A stretch of DNA of 64,000 nt. Source: an uncultured delta proteobacterium (GTDB taxonomy: Bacteria > Desulfobacterota > Binatia > UBA9968). The notes under the pieces were generated by a model, which had not been told where the DNA came from, did not search any database, and saw only the letters and a list, made by a program, of their open reading frames with translations. The position numbers were made by a program, and so were the translations under genes. This document shows, one piece after another, positions 10,853 through 21,935 of this stretch. The stretch spans positions 32,495 through 96,494 of the forward strand of contig CAVSLC010000022.1 in assembly GCA_963728565.1 (NCBI GenBank), written 5' to 3'. Numbering within the stretch: position 1 is the stretch's first letter; each line of letters begins with the position of its first letter.

Positions 10853-11872
10853 CTAAACGGCGTCTGCAAGGCGGTCTAATAACTCTTCCGTTTCCTCGAA
10901 TCCCAGACATGCATCGGTGATGCTCTGACCGTAGGTTACAGGCGCATTCTGACGCCCGGCGACGAGATGGCTCTCAATCATCAGCGCTCGAATCGGTGAA
11001 CCCCTCAGGTTCTCCATGACAGCGTTGGCCACATCGATCTGCCGCGCCGCATCCTTTTCGCTGTTACCGTGGCTGCAATCGATCATAACGGCCTCGGGAA
11101 GACCCGCCGCGCGCAGCATTCGGACAGCGCTTTCAATGGAAGCACCATTAAAGTTGGGTCCGGTCTCACTGCCCCCACGGAGCACGAGATGGGCGTAAGG
11201 ATTGCCGGTGGTTTCCAAGATCGCAGGCGCGCCTTCTTTGGTGAGTGACGGAAACAAATGCCGGCTGCGCGCGGTTTGTATGGCGTCCACGGCAATCTGC
11301 ACGTTACCGTCTGTGCGATTCTTGATCCCCACAGGCATCGACAAACCCGATGCCAGCTCTCGATGTATCTGGCTCTCCGCGGTGCGCGCTCCGATCGCAC
11401 CCCAGCTGATGAGATCGGCATAGAACTGGCCAAACGTGGTATCGAGAAACTCGGTCCCGGCAGGGATTCCTACATTCAAAATATCGGCGAGCAACTGCCG
11501 GGCTAGGCGCAACCCCTTGTTGATATGATACGATTCGTCCAGATCCGGATCGTTGATGAGTCCCTTCCAGCCAACAACCGTGCGCGGCTTCTCGAAGTAG
11601 ACCCGCATGACAAGGAGAAGCGCATGGGATAACGCGTCGGCAACCGGTTTGAGTTTGGTCGCATACTCGAGCGCGGCCTTGGTGTCGTGCACGGAGCAAG
11701 GACCGACCACAACCAGGAGCCGGTCATCCTTGCCGTCGAGAATCGCCTCGATGGCTCGGCGCGTCTCGTGTACTCGTGCTGCCGCGGTGTCGGTGAGAGG
11801 GATCTCCTCGGCGAGTATGGCTGGCGCGAGCAGTGGCCGGGTTTTGACGATGCGAAGATCGTCAGTCTTCAT
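10853..11872 (-). CDS. aroG: 3-deoxy-7-phosphoheptulonate (DAHP) synthase, class I-alpha
   Basis: GPCSVHD, MRVYFEKPRT, GWKGLINDP, IGARTAESQIHRELASG, DCSHGNS, YGQSITDAC. Confidence 0.93.
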   Translation of the reverse strand: MKTDDLRIVKTRPLLAPAILAEEIPLTDTAAARVHETRRAIEAILDGKDDRLLVVVGPCSVHDTKAALEYATKLKPVADALSHALLLVMRVYFEKPRTVVGWKGLINDPDLDESYHINKGLRLARQLLADILNVGIPAGTEFLDTTFGQFYADLISWGAIGARTAESQIHRELASGLSMPVGIKNRTDGNVQIAVDAIQTARSRHLFPSLTKEGAPAILETTGNPYAHLVLRGGSETGPNFNGASIESAVRMLRAAGLPEAVMIDCSHGNSEKDAARQIDVANAVMENLRGSPIRALMIESHLVAGRQNAPVTYGQSITDACLGFEETEELLDRLADAV

Positions 11873-11981
11873 GGCTAAATTGCCGGCTAGAGAAAAGCCG
11901 AGATTTCTCGCCTAAGCTAGTCGCCGCGGCCGACCGAAGAAGCCGACCGAGATCGATTGAATAGCTGGAACACATTTTGGA

Positions 11982-12011
11982 AGAGTACTCGACTATCGGA
12001 AATTGTGTCAA
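11982..12011 (-). promoter_or_regulatory. Sigma70-type promoter for the DAHP synthase gene
   Basis: TTGACA-N18-TACTCT. Confidence 0.5.
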
Positions 12012-12084
12012 ACCGCGTGTGATGAATCGCTTTGCTTCACAGGTGGTCGAACGCTTTGGGAGGCCAAGATACCGGATCGCAGGG

Positions 12085-12336
12085 TCACTGCCTTGGGATG
12101 TCGCCGTTGAGATAGGCTTGACCGCGAGGCGTGAGCGTAACTTCGGGCTCGTCAACTGTCTCGACGCGGCTCACTTGAACCAAGCCGCCAATGATCGCGT
12201 CCTCCCAAATCGTATGTCTCGGACACGTGCTCTGCCATGCATTCATGGCGTCCGCATAAGTCCGAGGACGGCTAGAGATCCAGGTAAGAAACTCCAGCAT
12301 CAAGGGGTCGGCGATTCTGCCATCGATAGACTCCAT
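12085..12336 (-). CDS. Small conserved hypothetical protein
   Basis: AGGAGG RBS; RPRTYADAMNAWQSTCPRHTIWEDA motif; winged-helix-like ending VTLTPRG. Confidence 0.65.
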   Translation of the reverse strand: MESIDGRIADPLMLEFLTWISSRPRTYADAMNAWQSTCPRHTIWEDAIIGGLVQVSRVETVDEPEVTLTPRGQAYLNGDIPRQ

Positions 12337-12689
12337 CACTTGCCTCCTGGTGAAGTGATGATTCATTATTCCGGAAGGTATTGATTTTATACCGTGCAGA
12401 GCTGAGTTCAAGCGTGAAAAATATCCGATGGGTTCAAGCTTGCGACTCTGCGCAGAGGATGAATAAAGGCTCTACGCCATGCCACCGTTAGCGGGACTCG
12501 CAGGGCTTGCGGTAAGGTGATCCCCAAAGCCACCTGCGGGAGAGCTGCATTACGGGGAAACCGACTTGGTTTGATGCACGGTTCTAAGCGGTCGAATCTA
12601 AAAACACCGAATGCAGCCTGAGGATCGATTTCACCAGACCCAGCCTTTTGCAGCTTCTGCCGCCTCTTCCGACTGAATTGCTACCGCGG

Positions 12690-12850
12690 CAAATTTGGAT
12701 TGCTCGGGACGGGTGACACGTGCAGGGGCTGGACACCACCTCTTTGAGCAGCTCCGACCGTTTACCGTTAAATTCGGTCGAAGCATACGGAGTCCGGTGA
12801 TGTTTGCTACGGGGCTTAGAACTGGAGACAAGGCATGCGGCCACGCGGTT
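12690..12850 (-). pseudogene. Decayed remnant of a PF04392-type SBP gene
   Basis: Across frames ..ANITGLRMLRP..NGKRSELLKEVVS..ARV matches the GNITG..GKRLELLKE motif of the paralogues at 55-64 kb. Confidence 0.55.
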
Positions 12851-13000
12851 CGGCCGGAATCCTTTGAAGTTCGTTCACTTTTAGACAGCAATCGTAACCG
12901 TTAAGCTCATAATCAAGTGCGAAAGTATTCAGGCGAACCAAAATGACGAATGTTCATTCAGACCGGCGTTACTCATAGCTCATCGATGGAGTTTACACCT

Positions 13001-13258
13001 ATGCAAGCGGAGATTGTCCTCAAGTCCGAAGAAAAAGAACGCTTACTTCAAATAGCTTTGGAAAACTCACCCGCCCGGGCTGTTCTTACGAGCGCTCGAT
13101 CCGACAGCAATCACCCGGAGTTAGTGATTATGAACTGCGACGAGCAAGCAGCCTATGCCCTGCTGGAAGTTGCAGCAGTCAACTGTGGCAGCGCCTGGAG
13201 AGTAATGAATTATCAGATGAGCAGACTTGGTCTTTTGAAGTCCAGAAGCACCGCTTGA
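13001..13258 (+). CDS. Hypothetical protein
   Basis: GGAG RBS, 85-aa ORF in an intergenic gap. Confidence 0.5.
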   Translation: MQAEIVLKSEEKERLLQIALENSPARAVLTSARSDSNHPELVIMNCDEQAAYALLEVAAVNCGSAWRVMNYQMSRLGLLKSRSTA

Positions 13259-13529
13259 AGATAAGAATCAGATCACCTCGTGTCGCAGCGGCGAGTTCGG
13301 TTCCTCGGCGTTGGCGGAACTCTATCACAAGGCATGATGCTGAAGGAGCCTTGTGTTTGCCTGCTGCATACTTCCTATACCCTTGGTTCTCGTAATCACC
13401 TGAACAGGCTGGCGATTTGGATTGTGAATGGCGTGTTCTTTATGAGCAGCGTATTCAATAGGATCGCCTCGTGCAGCAAGGATTCGACGATTCACATTCG
13501 CATACGATTCCTTGCTCGTTTCTGAATAC

Positions 13530-14429
13530 TTAGTTTTCCTCCGCCAGCGCAGTATTCGCCAGCTCCTCGACAAGCTTTACCAGCGCCGAGTGATCCAGAT
13601 CGCCGTAGCCCATCGCTTTCATGGCGCTCATCATTTGTGCGACTTGGCCGGTGACCATCAGCGGCACCCCATACTCGAATCCCGCTCCCAGGGCGATCTT
13701 CATGTCTTTCTCGTGCAGCCGGATGCGAAAGCCGGGCTTAAAACTATGGTCGAGCATTTTCTGACCGTGAGCCTCGAGTATTTTCGATTGGGCGAAGCCG
13801 CCTAAGAGCGCCTGCCGCACCTTCGCCGGATCCACGCCGGCCTTGGCGGCCAGTACCAAAGCTTCGCTGACGATTGCGATAGTCGTTCCGACAACCATTT
13901 GATTAGCCGCCTTGGTCACCTGGCCTGCGCCGGCCCGGCCGACATGAACGATGTTCTTTCCTAGCGATTCAAATATCGGCATCGCTCGCTCGACGGCGGC
14001 TGCCTCGCCGCCGATCATGATGGATAAGCTCGCGCTGATTGCGCCCGCTTCGCCGCCACTCACCGGCGCATCGAGCATATCGCAGCCTCGCCTTTGCGCC
14101 TCACCTGCAAGTTTGCGGGCGACGGCAGGTGAGATGGTCGACATATCGATGAGCAGGGTTCCCGGTTTCAATGCCGAGAAAATCCCGTTCTCGCCGGCAT
14201 AAACGAGATCGACATCGGGTGAATCGGGTAGCATGGTGATGATAATTTCCGCGCGCCCGGCGACCTCGTTTGCATCTGTCGCGGCATGTGCGCCTTCCCT
14301 TGTCAATTCGTCCACTGCTGCGCGACTACGATTGTGCACGATCAGCGGGCAGCCTGCCCTAATCAAATTCCGAGCCATGGGCTTGCCCATGATCCCGAGG
14401 CCAATGAAACCGATAATCGGCTTACTCAT
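13530..14429 (-). CDS. garR: 2-hydroxy-3-oxopropionate (tartronate semialdehyde) reductase
   Basis: IGFIGLGIMGKPMARNL, DAPVSGG, GQVTKAANQ, FKPGFRIRLHEKD. Confidence 0.88.
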   Translation of the reverse strand: MSKPIIGFIGLGIMGKPMARNLIRAGCPLIVHNRSRAAVDELTREGAHAATDANEVAGRAEIIITMLPDSPDVDLVYAGENGIFSALKPGTLLIDMSTISPAVARKLAGEAQRRGCDMLDAPVSGGEAGAISASLSIMIGGEAAAVERAMPIFESLGKNIVHVGRAGAGQVTKAANQMVVGTTIAIVSEALVLAAKAGVDPAKVRQALLGGFAQSKILEAHGQKMLDHSFKPGFRIRLHEKDMKIALGAGFEYGVPLMVTGQVAQMMSAMKAMGYGDLDHSALVKLVEELANTALAEEN

Positions 14430-14844
14430 GATCAGCTCCTCTTGCTCGGCATGCCAGCCAATCTGGCAAGCTTGTCGAAACGACGGGCCAGCAGCGCCCA
14501 CGAAAATATCGCTCTTTAAAACTCCTGATTACGACGATTATTACTCGAGAGGCCCCATGGCAAGTCAATTTTGTTGTCGATGCCTTTACCCAAATTAGAT
14601 CCGTTCAATTTGCTGCACAGCCGGCGAAAAAGAAGGTAAGATCGAATGTAAATCGCTCTTCGCAACTTATCTTACTCATGTTCTCTATGAGTCTGGGAAT
14701 GTGGCTGCACCGCGATTTATTATCGACTTGCTGATGACGATCTGGAGTCTCAGGTTGATGTTGGCGCGTTGTTTATGCCGGGATCAAAAAAATAATCGCT
14801 CATACTTGTGGGGCCACGAATTTAACTGCAGCGCCAACAGCAAT

Positions 14845-15330
14845 TCAGTTTAGCTTCGGTGACTCGGCGCGCCAGGTTTTTAACGTCCATAGAAAGCTGC
14901 CGAAATCCTGGATTGAAAAAACGAGTGCTAGAGGCGCTGGGATAATTTCGAGATGCCACAACATAAGCATGGCGAACGGCACAAGCGGCCGGTCCAGCAA
15001 CGATGCGAAAACAAACCCCGCGGCATTCAACCGACCGCTGGCAATGTAAATCATGCCGAGCCCGCTGACCAATAGGCCGACCAGGCGGAAATAATTCGCC
15101 GCTTGTTCAACCAGCGGCGGCAAGTTTAGTATTCGTGCGACGAAATGCGGGAGCAGCACAACCAACGACCCTTCAAGAAGTATTAACCAGCCGAAGACTT
15201 CCACGCTCTTGGCTGACCGGCTCTGCCCTCGAGCAGTAATAAGGCGTTCTAGCGTTTCAGTGAAGTACGACAATTTATCCGCTCCTGATTGAAGTGCCCA
15301 GACAAGCAATACCTGACAATTCATGGTCAT
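14845..15330 (-). CDS. Hypothetical membrane protein (about 4 TM)
   Basis: Hydrophobic segments; start uncertain. Confidence 0.55.
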   Translation of the reverse strand: MTMNCQVLLVWALQSGADKLSYFTETLERLITARGQSRSAKSVEVFGWLILLEGSLVVLLPHFVARILNLPPLVEQAANYFRLVGLLVSGLGMIYIASGRLNAAGFVFASLLDRPLVPFAMLMLWHLEIIPAPLALVFSIQDFGSFLWTLKTWRAESPKLN

Positions 15331-15554
15331 AGATCAACATTCGAGGTAGTAGCAAATTGTCGCTCCTGATCTGCGCCCTGATCATAGTCGAAACTCCCCT
15401 CCCTGTTCTCCCGGTCCAGGAGAACGGCACGGCTGGCGACATGCCGTCCAGAAAGCCTGAGAGCATAACTTCGATCGTAAGCAGACCAGAAACGACAAGA
15501 TCGAAACGATGGCTATCGTTTCGATCTTGGTGCGGTTTTGGAGAGGTGTGTGCC

Positions 15555-16794
15555 TTATAGTCTGGGCACCAGCACTGTCGATCCGGCGCGAAGTAGGCTA
15601 GCTTTGCGCAGACCGTTGATCCTGAGGATGCGCTCGGCTGACGTACCGTAACGTTGAGCGATCTGCATGAGCGTCTCACCACGTTTAACGCGATGCCGCA
15701 CCACGCTCGATTGTGCTTGTTGGCGCGCAGGTGTCTCGCGTGCCTGGCTCACCTCACGAGTCTCGACAATGGCTGCCATCTGTTTTTGGACGGGCAACTT
15801 CACGCGGTAGCCTGCGGGAATAATCTTTGGAGCATTTGCCAGGGCCGGGTTCCACTGCAAAAACTCATCTCGTTTAAGCCCGGTGGAGCGCATGACCGCT
15901 GCCAGCGATGTTTGCGACCTTAACTCCACTTCTTGAATGGCAACCGGCGGATCTAAATCGAGACCGGGAAAATATCGCTCGGGGTTTTTGCCGATTTCCA
16001 CGGCGACGAGAAATTCGGCGTAGAAATTTTTCGGCGGATATCCAAAGTAAGGACTATTATATTTCTGGATCACGTCCACCAGGTTGTCCGAGCCGACTTC
16101 AGCCACTGCGCGAGCCATGCCGCCGGGCCCGAAGTTGTAAGCAGTGATGGCCAATGGCCAATTGCCCAGTGACTCATAGGCTTGCTTGAGAAATGATGCC
16201 GCGGCCCGGGTAGATTCGATGGGGTCTCTTCTTTCATCGATGGCACGGTTGACCCGCATATACTGTCTGCCGGTAGCGGGCATAAACTGCCACATGCCCA
16301 AAGCGCCTGCATGGGAACGTGCGTTGCTGTTGAATGACGATTCGATCAGAGGGAGATAAGTCAATTCCACCGGCAAGCCCCGGTCCCGGAAGATTTGCTG
16401 CATTTGCCCGATATAGCGGTTCGAACGTTTGAGTCCCGCGGCGGTTCGTTCTTTGACGCCCCGCTGTGCCTTCACTCGTTCTATGCTGACTTCATGCGCC
16501 GCCGCAATCCGCGCTCTTTCACCGTCGACATATTCGTTGGAGCGATTCTCTTCGCCGACCTCCAAGACTTCATATATCCTGGACATCTCCAATGGATCAA
16601 AAAACACCAGTTGGGATATGCTGTACTCGGTAAAAATTTTGGTCCAGAACTCGACGGGCTGCTCGAGTCCGGCAAGAAGTGGGAACGGATTATTATCGAT
16701 TTTCACTGGGAACGGATTGAGCTCTCGCATGAACCGGCAAGAACACTATCCAAGACACGATCAGTGAGAGGAACCATCGTTGCGCTCGCTTCAT
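15555..16794 (-). CDS. mltD: MltD-like lytic murein transglycosylase with LysM domain (frameshift near 16700)
   Basis: AAGGAGG RBS and signal peptide MKRAQRW; LPLIESSF, GMWQFM, AITAYNFG; LysM HRVKRGETL. Confidence 0.85.
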
Positions 16795-17066
16795 TGCCGC
16801 CCTCCTTGTAGTGAGCCCCCAATTGAGCAACCCACGTGCCATCAGCGTGGTAGTCATAACCAGCGCATATTAAAGAAAATCCGCCCGAGAAACAATTGCT
16901 ATCCGTGAATCCGGCAGACATTTTGACTCTCGATGGTCGATTCTCGGCATCTTCCTCAACCGAGAGCTCTCTGGGCTCAACCATGTGTCGAAAGCCACGT
17001 AGGTTTGACCGCTGCTTGACCGGTGCATATAGTGCGACCGAGTTTCACCATGACGCGGAGGAAAGC

Positions 17067-17573
17067 TTGGAACATTCAACCCTGGTCGGCATCGTTGAAG
17101 CGTTCTTGCGACTGATTTTGGGCTGGCGCTTTTTGATCAGCGGCTTGAGCAACGTGCGCCGTTGGCCAAACCCGGTAAATACCGCAAGCATTCTGTTTTC
17201 TAAGCATGCGAAACTTTTCGGGCTCATCGCCACCGTGCTCATGGTGGGCGGCGGTGTTGGTCTTGCAGCCGGCTTCCAGACGCCGATTTCATCGACGATG
17301 CTGGTTGTGTTTTTAGTTCCAACGTTCAGTGTGCACTACTATTGGCTCAAGGTGCTGCCGACCATGGCACCGACAGTTAAAAACTCGATTGCCGATGACA
17401 AGGCGCTGGGATATTTCCGAAGCTTTGAGCGGCAAGCGTTCCATGCTCACGAAGTGGGAATCCGCGATAATCTAGTTTTGTTAGCCGCGGCTGCATACTT
17501 TGCAGTCCGGGGCAGCGGGCCGTACGGTCTGGATAATTTGATTAGCAATTGGGTGGTGTGGATCTTCCGGTGA
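17067..17573 (+). CDS. DoxX family membrane protein
   Basis: LRLILG..FLISG start and GSGPYGLD end; GGAGG RBS before TTG; TTGACC-N17-TATAGT at 17005-17033. Confidence 0.75.
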   Translation: MEHSTLVGIVEAFLRLILGWRFLISGLSNVRRWPNPVNTASILFSKHAKLFGLIATVLMVGGGVGLAAGFQTPISSTMLVVFLVPTFSVHYYWLKVLPTMAPTVKNSIADDKALGYFRSFERQAFHAHEVGIRDNLVLLAAAAYFAVRGSGPYGLDNLISNWVVWIFR

Positions 17574-17583
17574 TACTCTGCGG

Positions 17584-18892
17584 TCATAAACGACCGACAA
17601 AGCGGCCCGGATTCATCAATCTCTGAGGATCGAATTGCTGTTTAATCCTGCGCATAAGGAAAAACGCCTCTGGAGCCAGTCCCCAGATGTCCAAATCCCG
17701 CTTCAGATCAGCCGGAGCATCAAGCAGCACAACATGCCCCTTGTGTCGGGCCGCCTTGGATCGGAGCTGTGCAAAGCGCGCGGCGGCTGAGTTGATTTCG
17801 TTCGACCCAATCCAGATCGCGCCTGCTGCCATGTCCGCGACAATTGCCGGACTAAAATCCGTTGATTCCCAATCCTGAACGCAGCGTAGCAAATCAGCAA
17901 TCGCTGATCGCGGCACCGTTACACGAAAGACCACCTGATGGCCGAGAAGCGGGAAATCGCAAATACCCGCCCATGATCTTTCATGAGCCGCAGTACTACA
18001 AACCGCTGTTCTCAGGCTCAACCGCTCAGCCATCAATTGGAGATCTCGAAGATGACGACTGACTTGCTCGGCAAAACCTTCGGCGCGAACCGCCATTTGC
18101 CAGCCCGACTGCGGCGCTTCGCTGCTCGAGCTTGTTTCACTTTTCCAAAGCACTGTTGCGCTCGGCAACAAAACTGAATCCAGGATCTCGCCGGCAAACT
18201 CCGAAAGTTGCAATAAATCTCCGGATGCGGCCAGCGTCGCTTCCGCTTGCGGGAGCGGTGTCAGTCTGAGTGTCACTTCCGTGATAATCCCCAGCGTTCC
18301 TAAAGATCCAACGAACAGTTTACACATGTCGTAACCGGCGACATTTTTAACGACCTTGCCGCCGGCCTTGATATGCTCTCCCGTAGGCAGGGCTACTTTC
18401 ATGCCAATCACGAGATCTCGCACGCTGCCGTAACAGACGCGGCGCGCTCCGTTGAGATTGCCTGCGACAATGCCGCCAATGGTGGAACGTTGTGGGTTGG
18501 GCACATCGAACGGCACGAACTGCCGGGCTACGGCAGTGATCCTTTGGGATGCGGCCAACGTAATGCCGCTCTGCACGATAGCGGTCAAATTTGCATCATC
18601 GTGTTCGACCATGTGGTTAAGCTTGGATACGTCGATGATGATCTCGACACGCTCGGGTAAGTTGCCGATTTGAATGGCCGTGCCGCCGCCCCAGGGAGTT
18701 ACGGCGGCATCCGTCTCGCTGCAAACCCGTAACGCCGCGCTGACTTGCTCGGCAGTTGGCCGGCGAACAGATTAGGCACGGATAAACTCCGTCGACGGCG
18801 CGGGCGGCAAGCAATTCCGGCTGCCTCCTTACCGCGGCGCGGCCAAGCTCGGCTTCTAACCGGCTCGCCAGCCGGTCCGGGTCAACCTTCAT
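17584..18892 (-). CDS. glcE: Glycolate oxidase FAD-binding subunit GlcE (frameshifts near 18760 and 18615)
   Basis: STIGGIVA, GGKVVKNVAGYDMCKLFVGSLGTLG, KQQFDPQRLMNPGR. Confidence 0.85.
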
Positions 18893-20198
18893 TGCCTGGG
18901 GAAGATCCGCCGCTCGCATAGGCGCGATCGAGGAGATCCATCAAATGGTAGACTTCGACATTCGGCCCATACTTCTGCGCGCCATAGCGGAGCTGCAGCA
19001 TACAGCCTGGATTGGGCGCGACCACCGCTTCCGCACCGGTGGCGGCGATGGCCGGCATTTTCTCTTGAAGAAGCTGCTGTGACATTTCAGCATGAGTGAT
19101 ATTGTAAATTCCGGCACTGCCGCAACAGCGTTCAGAGCCATTCATCTCGACCAGTTTCAAACTCGGAATCGCCTGTAATAATTGACGGGGCTGACTGCGC
19201 ACGCGCTGACCATGCGCCAGATGGCAGGGATCCTGATAGGTAACGGTCATCCGCAATTCGCCGAGTTTGCCGGCCAATCCAATCTGCGCGAGGAATTCAG
19301 CGGCATCCTTGACTAAAGAACTGAACCTTCGTGCCTTGTCCGCATAATCAGGATCATCTCCGAGCAAATGGCCATATTCCTTCATCGCGGCGCCGCAGCC
19401 GGCGGCATTGACGACGATGGCGTCGAGCCCGGCGGTTAAAAATGCGTCGATGTTGCTCCGGGCCATTTCTTTCGCGCTGCTCGTCTCGCCATTGTGAGTG
19501 TTGAGCGCGCCACAGCAGGTCTGTCCCTTTGGGAAAACAACCTCGCAGCCGTTGCGTTGCAGCACGCGCACGGTGGCGTCATTGATGTCGCCAAAGAGCA
19601 ACGGCATGACGCAGCCGTTTAGAAACGCGACCCGGGCGCGCCGTGGGCCGATCGCAGAAAGAGCCTGAGCGTTTGCTCGAAAACGACGTTGCGGGATGGC
19701 CGGCAGCATTGCATCCATCTGCCGAACCTTGCGCGGCAATAACGGCCGCACCAGCCTCTGCAAGCCGGTTCGTTGATAGAGACGCAACACGCCGAAGAGG
19801 ATTTTTAGACGTCCGGGAAAAGGAAGTAGCTGAGTGAAAGCCAGATTCAGGATGACCCGTCCGAGCTTCGATCCCGGCGGGCCGATTACCGCCCGGGCGG
19901 TTTCGGCTATATGGCCGTATTGAACTCCAGACGGACAGGCCGTTTCACAAGCACGGCACAACAAGCAGAGATATATATGCTCCTTGAACCGCTCGTTGAG
20001 CTCGATCCGGCCGTCCGCAGCCGCTTTTACCAGGTGAATCCTGCCGCGTGGCGATTCCGGCTCGAGACGCAGCGCGCGGTAGGTCGGACACTGGTTTAGA
20101 CATAAGCCGCAGTGCACGCATTGATAGAGTTCCGGAATATCAAGCGTGGCGATCTTGGGTTGATCGCCATGTCGCAGATTGTGCAGACTGTCTTCCAA
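18882..20198 (-). CDS. glcF: Glycolate oxidase Fe-S subunit GlcF
   Basis: CVHCGLCLNQCPTY, CLLCRACETACPSGV and two CCG domains. Confidence 0.9.
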   Translation of the reverse strand: MEDSLHNLRHGDQPKIATLDIPELYQCVHCGLCLNQCPTYRALRLEPESPRGRIHLVKAAADGRIELNERFKEHIYLCLLCRACETACPSGVQYGHIAETARAVIGPPGSKLGRVILNLAFTQLLPFPGRLKILFGVLRLYQRTGLQRLVRPLLPRKVRQMDAMLPAIPQRRFRANAQALSAIGPRRARVAFLNGCVMPLLFGDINDATVRVLQRNGCEVVFPKGQTCCGALNTHNGETSSAKEMARSNIDAFLTAGLDAIVVNAAGCGAAMKEYGHLLGDDPDYADKARRFSSLVKDAAEFLAQIGLAGKLGELRMTVTYQDPCHLAHGQRVRSQPRQLLQAIPSLKLVEMNGSERCCGSAGIYNITHAEMSQQLLQEKMPAIAATGAEAVVAPNPGCMLQLRYGAQKYGPNVEVYHLMDLLDRAYASGGSSPGNEG

Positions 20199-20220
20199 GG
20201 CAAACTCTAGATGTTTTTTC

Positions 20221-21657
20221 CTAAATCCACAGCCCCGCCGGAATTTGCGCCGGCTGGCGCCGCACTTCGCCGCAGCCAGCCGGCGTTGGAAATAGCTTTG
20301 CGGGATTAAAGCGGCCGTCCGGGTCCAGCGCCGCGCGGACTCGCGCCATCGCCTCGAGATCCGCATCACTAAATAGCAAGCCGATGTAGGCTTTCTTTTC
20401 AATGCCGACGCCATGCTCGCCGGTGATACTGCCGCCGAGCTCTACGCATGCGTTCAATATTGCCGCGCCCGCTTCGATGACTCGATCGAGCTCTCCCGGC
20501 GCACGCATGTCGAAGAGAATATTGGGATGCAGATTGCCGTCGCCGGCGTGAAATACATTAGCGATGCGTAGATTGTAGTGTTTGCTGATGGCAGCCACTC
20601 GCCTCATGATTTCCGGCAATTGACTGCGCGGGACAACGCCGTCGTTGACATAGTAATTGGGCGCTAACGAACCCATGGCGCCGAAAGCCCCTTTTCTGCC
20701 TTTCCAAAGCCGTTGCCGTTCGGTTTCGTCCCGCGCCAACCTGACCTCCCGCGCGCCGCTCTGCTCGCAAATCGCATACGCCAATTGCACGGAACGCTCG
20801 GTATGCTCGCGCAAGCCTTCGATTTCAACCAGCAGCACCGCTTCGGCATCGCGGGGAAAGCCTACCGGCGCCCCGGATTCGACGGCTTCAATGGTCGTGC
20901 GGTCCATCATCTCTAACGCGGCGGGAATGATTCCGGCTCCGGTGATTTCAACCACCGCTCGAGTGGCGTCATCCATGCGATCGTAGATGGCGAGAAGGGT
21001 GCGCACCGACTCGCGATTGCGCATGAGTTTGACAATTACTTTGGTCACCACACCCATGGTTCCTTCCGAGCCGACAAACACACCACGAAGATCATAGCCG
21101 GGCGTGTCCGGCACTTCGCCACCGAGCCAGACAACCTGACCATCGTCCAAAACGATTTCGAGACCAAGAACGTGATTGGTTGTCACCCCGTAGGCGAGGG
21201 TATGCGGCCCTCCGGAATTGTTGGCGACATTGCCGCCGATGGAGCATGCGGCTTGGCTGCTAGGATCTGGCGCATAAAAAAAGCCGTCATTGGCGACTGC
21301 TTTGGTGAGGTCGAGATTGATAACGCCGGGTTCGACGATAGCAAGGCCGTTCTCGAGATCGATTCTCAAGATACGATCCAAGCGCGCCAGAGATAGCACG
21401 ATGCCGCCCTCAGCAGGCACGGCACCGCCGGCCAAACCCGTGCCCGAACCGCGGGGTACGACCGGCACAGCGGCTTGTTTAGCCGTTTTCACCACCGCAG
21501 CAACCTGTTCGACATCGGCAGGCAGGACAACGATCTCCGGCATGACCTGGAAGATTGAGCCGTCTTGTTCGTAGACGATGACGTCCTCCTTTTCGACCAG
21601 CACATAACGCTCGCCAACGATGGCGCATAGCTGGCGGACGAGGTTGTTCTTATCCAT
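20221..21657 (-). CDS. glcD: Glycolate oxidase subunit GlcD
   Basis: PRGSGTGLAGG, APDPSSQ, GSEGTMG, HAGDGNLHP, GEHGVG. Confidence 0.92.
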   Translation of the reverse strand: MDKNNLVRQLCAIVGERYVLVEKEDVIVYEQDGSIFQVMPEIVVLPADVEQVAAVVKTAKQAAVPVVPRGSGTGLAGGAVPAEGGIVLSLARLDRILRIDLENGLAIVEPGVINLDLTKAVANDGFFYAPDPSSQAACSIGGNVANNSGGPHTLAYGVTTNHVLGLEIVLDDGQVVWLGGEVPDTPGYDLRGVFVGSEGTMGVVTKVIVKLMRNRESVRTLLAIYDRMDDATRAVVEITGAGIIPAALEMMDRTTIEAVESGAPVGFPRDAEAVLLVEIEGLREHTERSVQLAYAICEQSGAREVRLARDETERQRLWKGRKGAFGAMGSLAPNYYVNDGVVPRSQLPEIMRRVAAISKHYNLRIANVFHAGDGNLHPNILFDMRAPGELDRVIEAGAAILNACVELGGSITGEHGVGIEKKAYIGLLFSDADLEAMARVRAALDPDGRFNPAKLFPTPAGCGEVRRQPAQIPAGLWI

Positions 21658-21690
21658 TTGGCTCTATCTGTTTCCCGGCGATCCCTTGGA

Positions 21691-21720
21691 AGCGTAGCGG
21701 AGACTGGAATACAGTGTCAA
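21691..21720 (-). promoter_or_regulatory. Sigma70-type promoter of glcDFE
   Basis: TTGACA-N18-TACGCT. Confidence 0.55.
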
Positions 21721-21935
21721 TGAGCGAGACCAAAGAACTCGAGCCGATGCAATGAGCTGAGATCAGCAATTGATATTCTAAGCGACACGACTTCCGTGAG
21801 ACAACCGTAAGGATTAACACTTTCCAATCGCCGTGAGTTGTGCAGGCTGGACACGCCATTGACGTAAGTCCGGAACCTGTAATATAAACCGTGAACGCCA
21901 AGTTGCCGTGTCGTGCTTATCTGAGAGGAGAAACC

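Noticed and set aside
12391-12582. 6S RNA or glycine riboswitch (ggttcaag; gcgggagag)
   Set aside because: No continuous 6S-like rod or typical zapA context, and the GCCGAAG and CUCUCAGG glycine motifs are absent; kept only as a weak finding.
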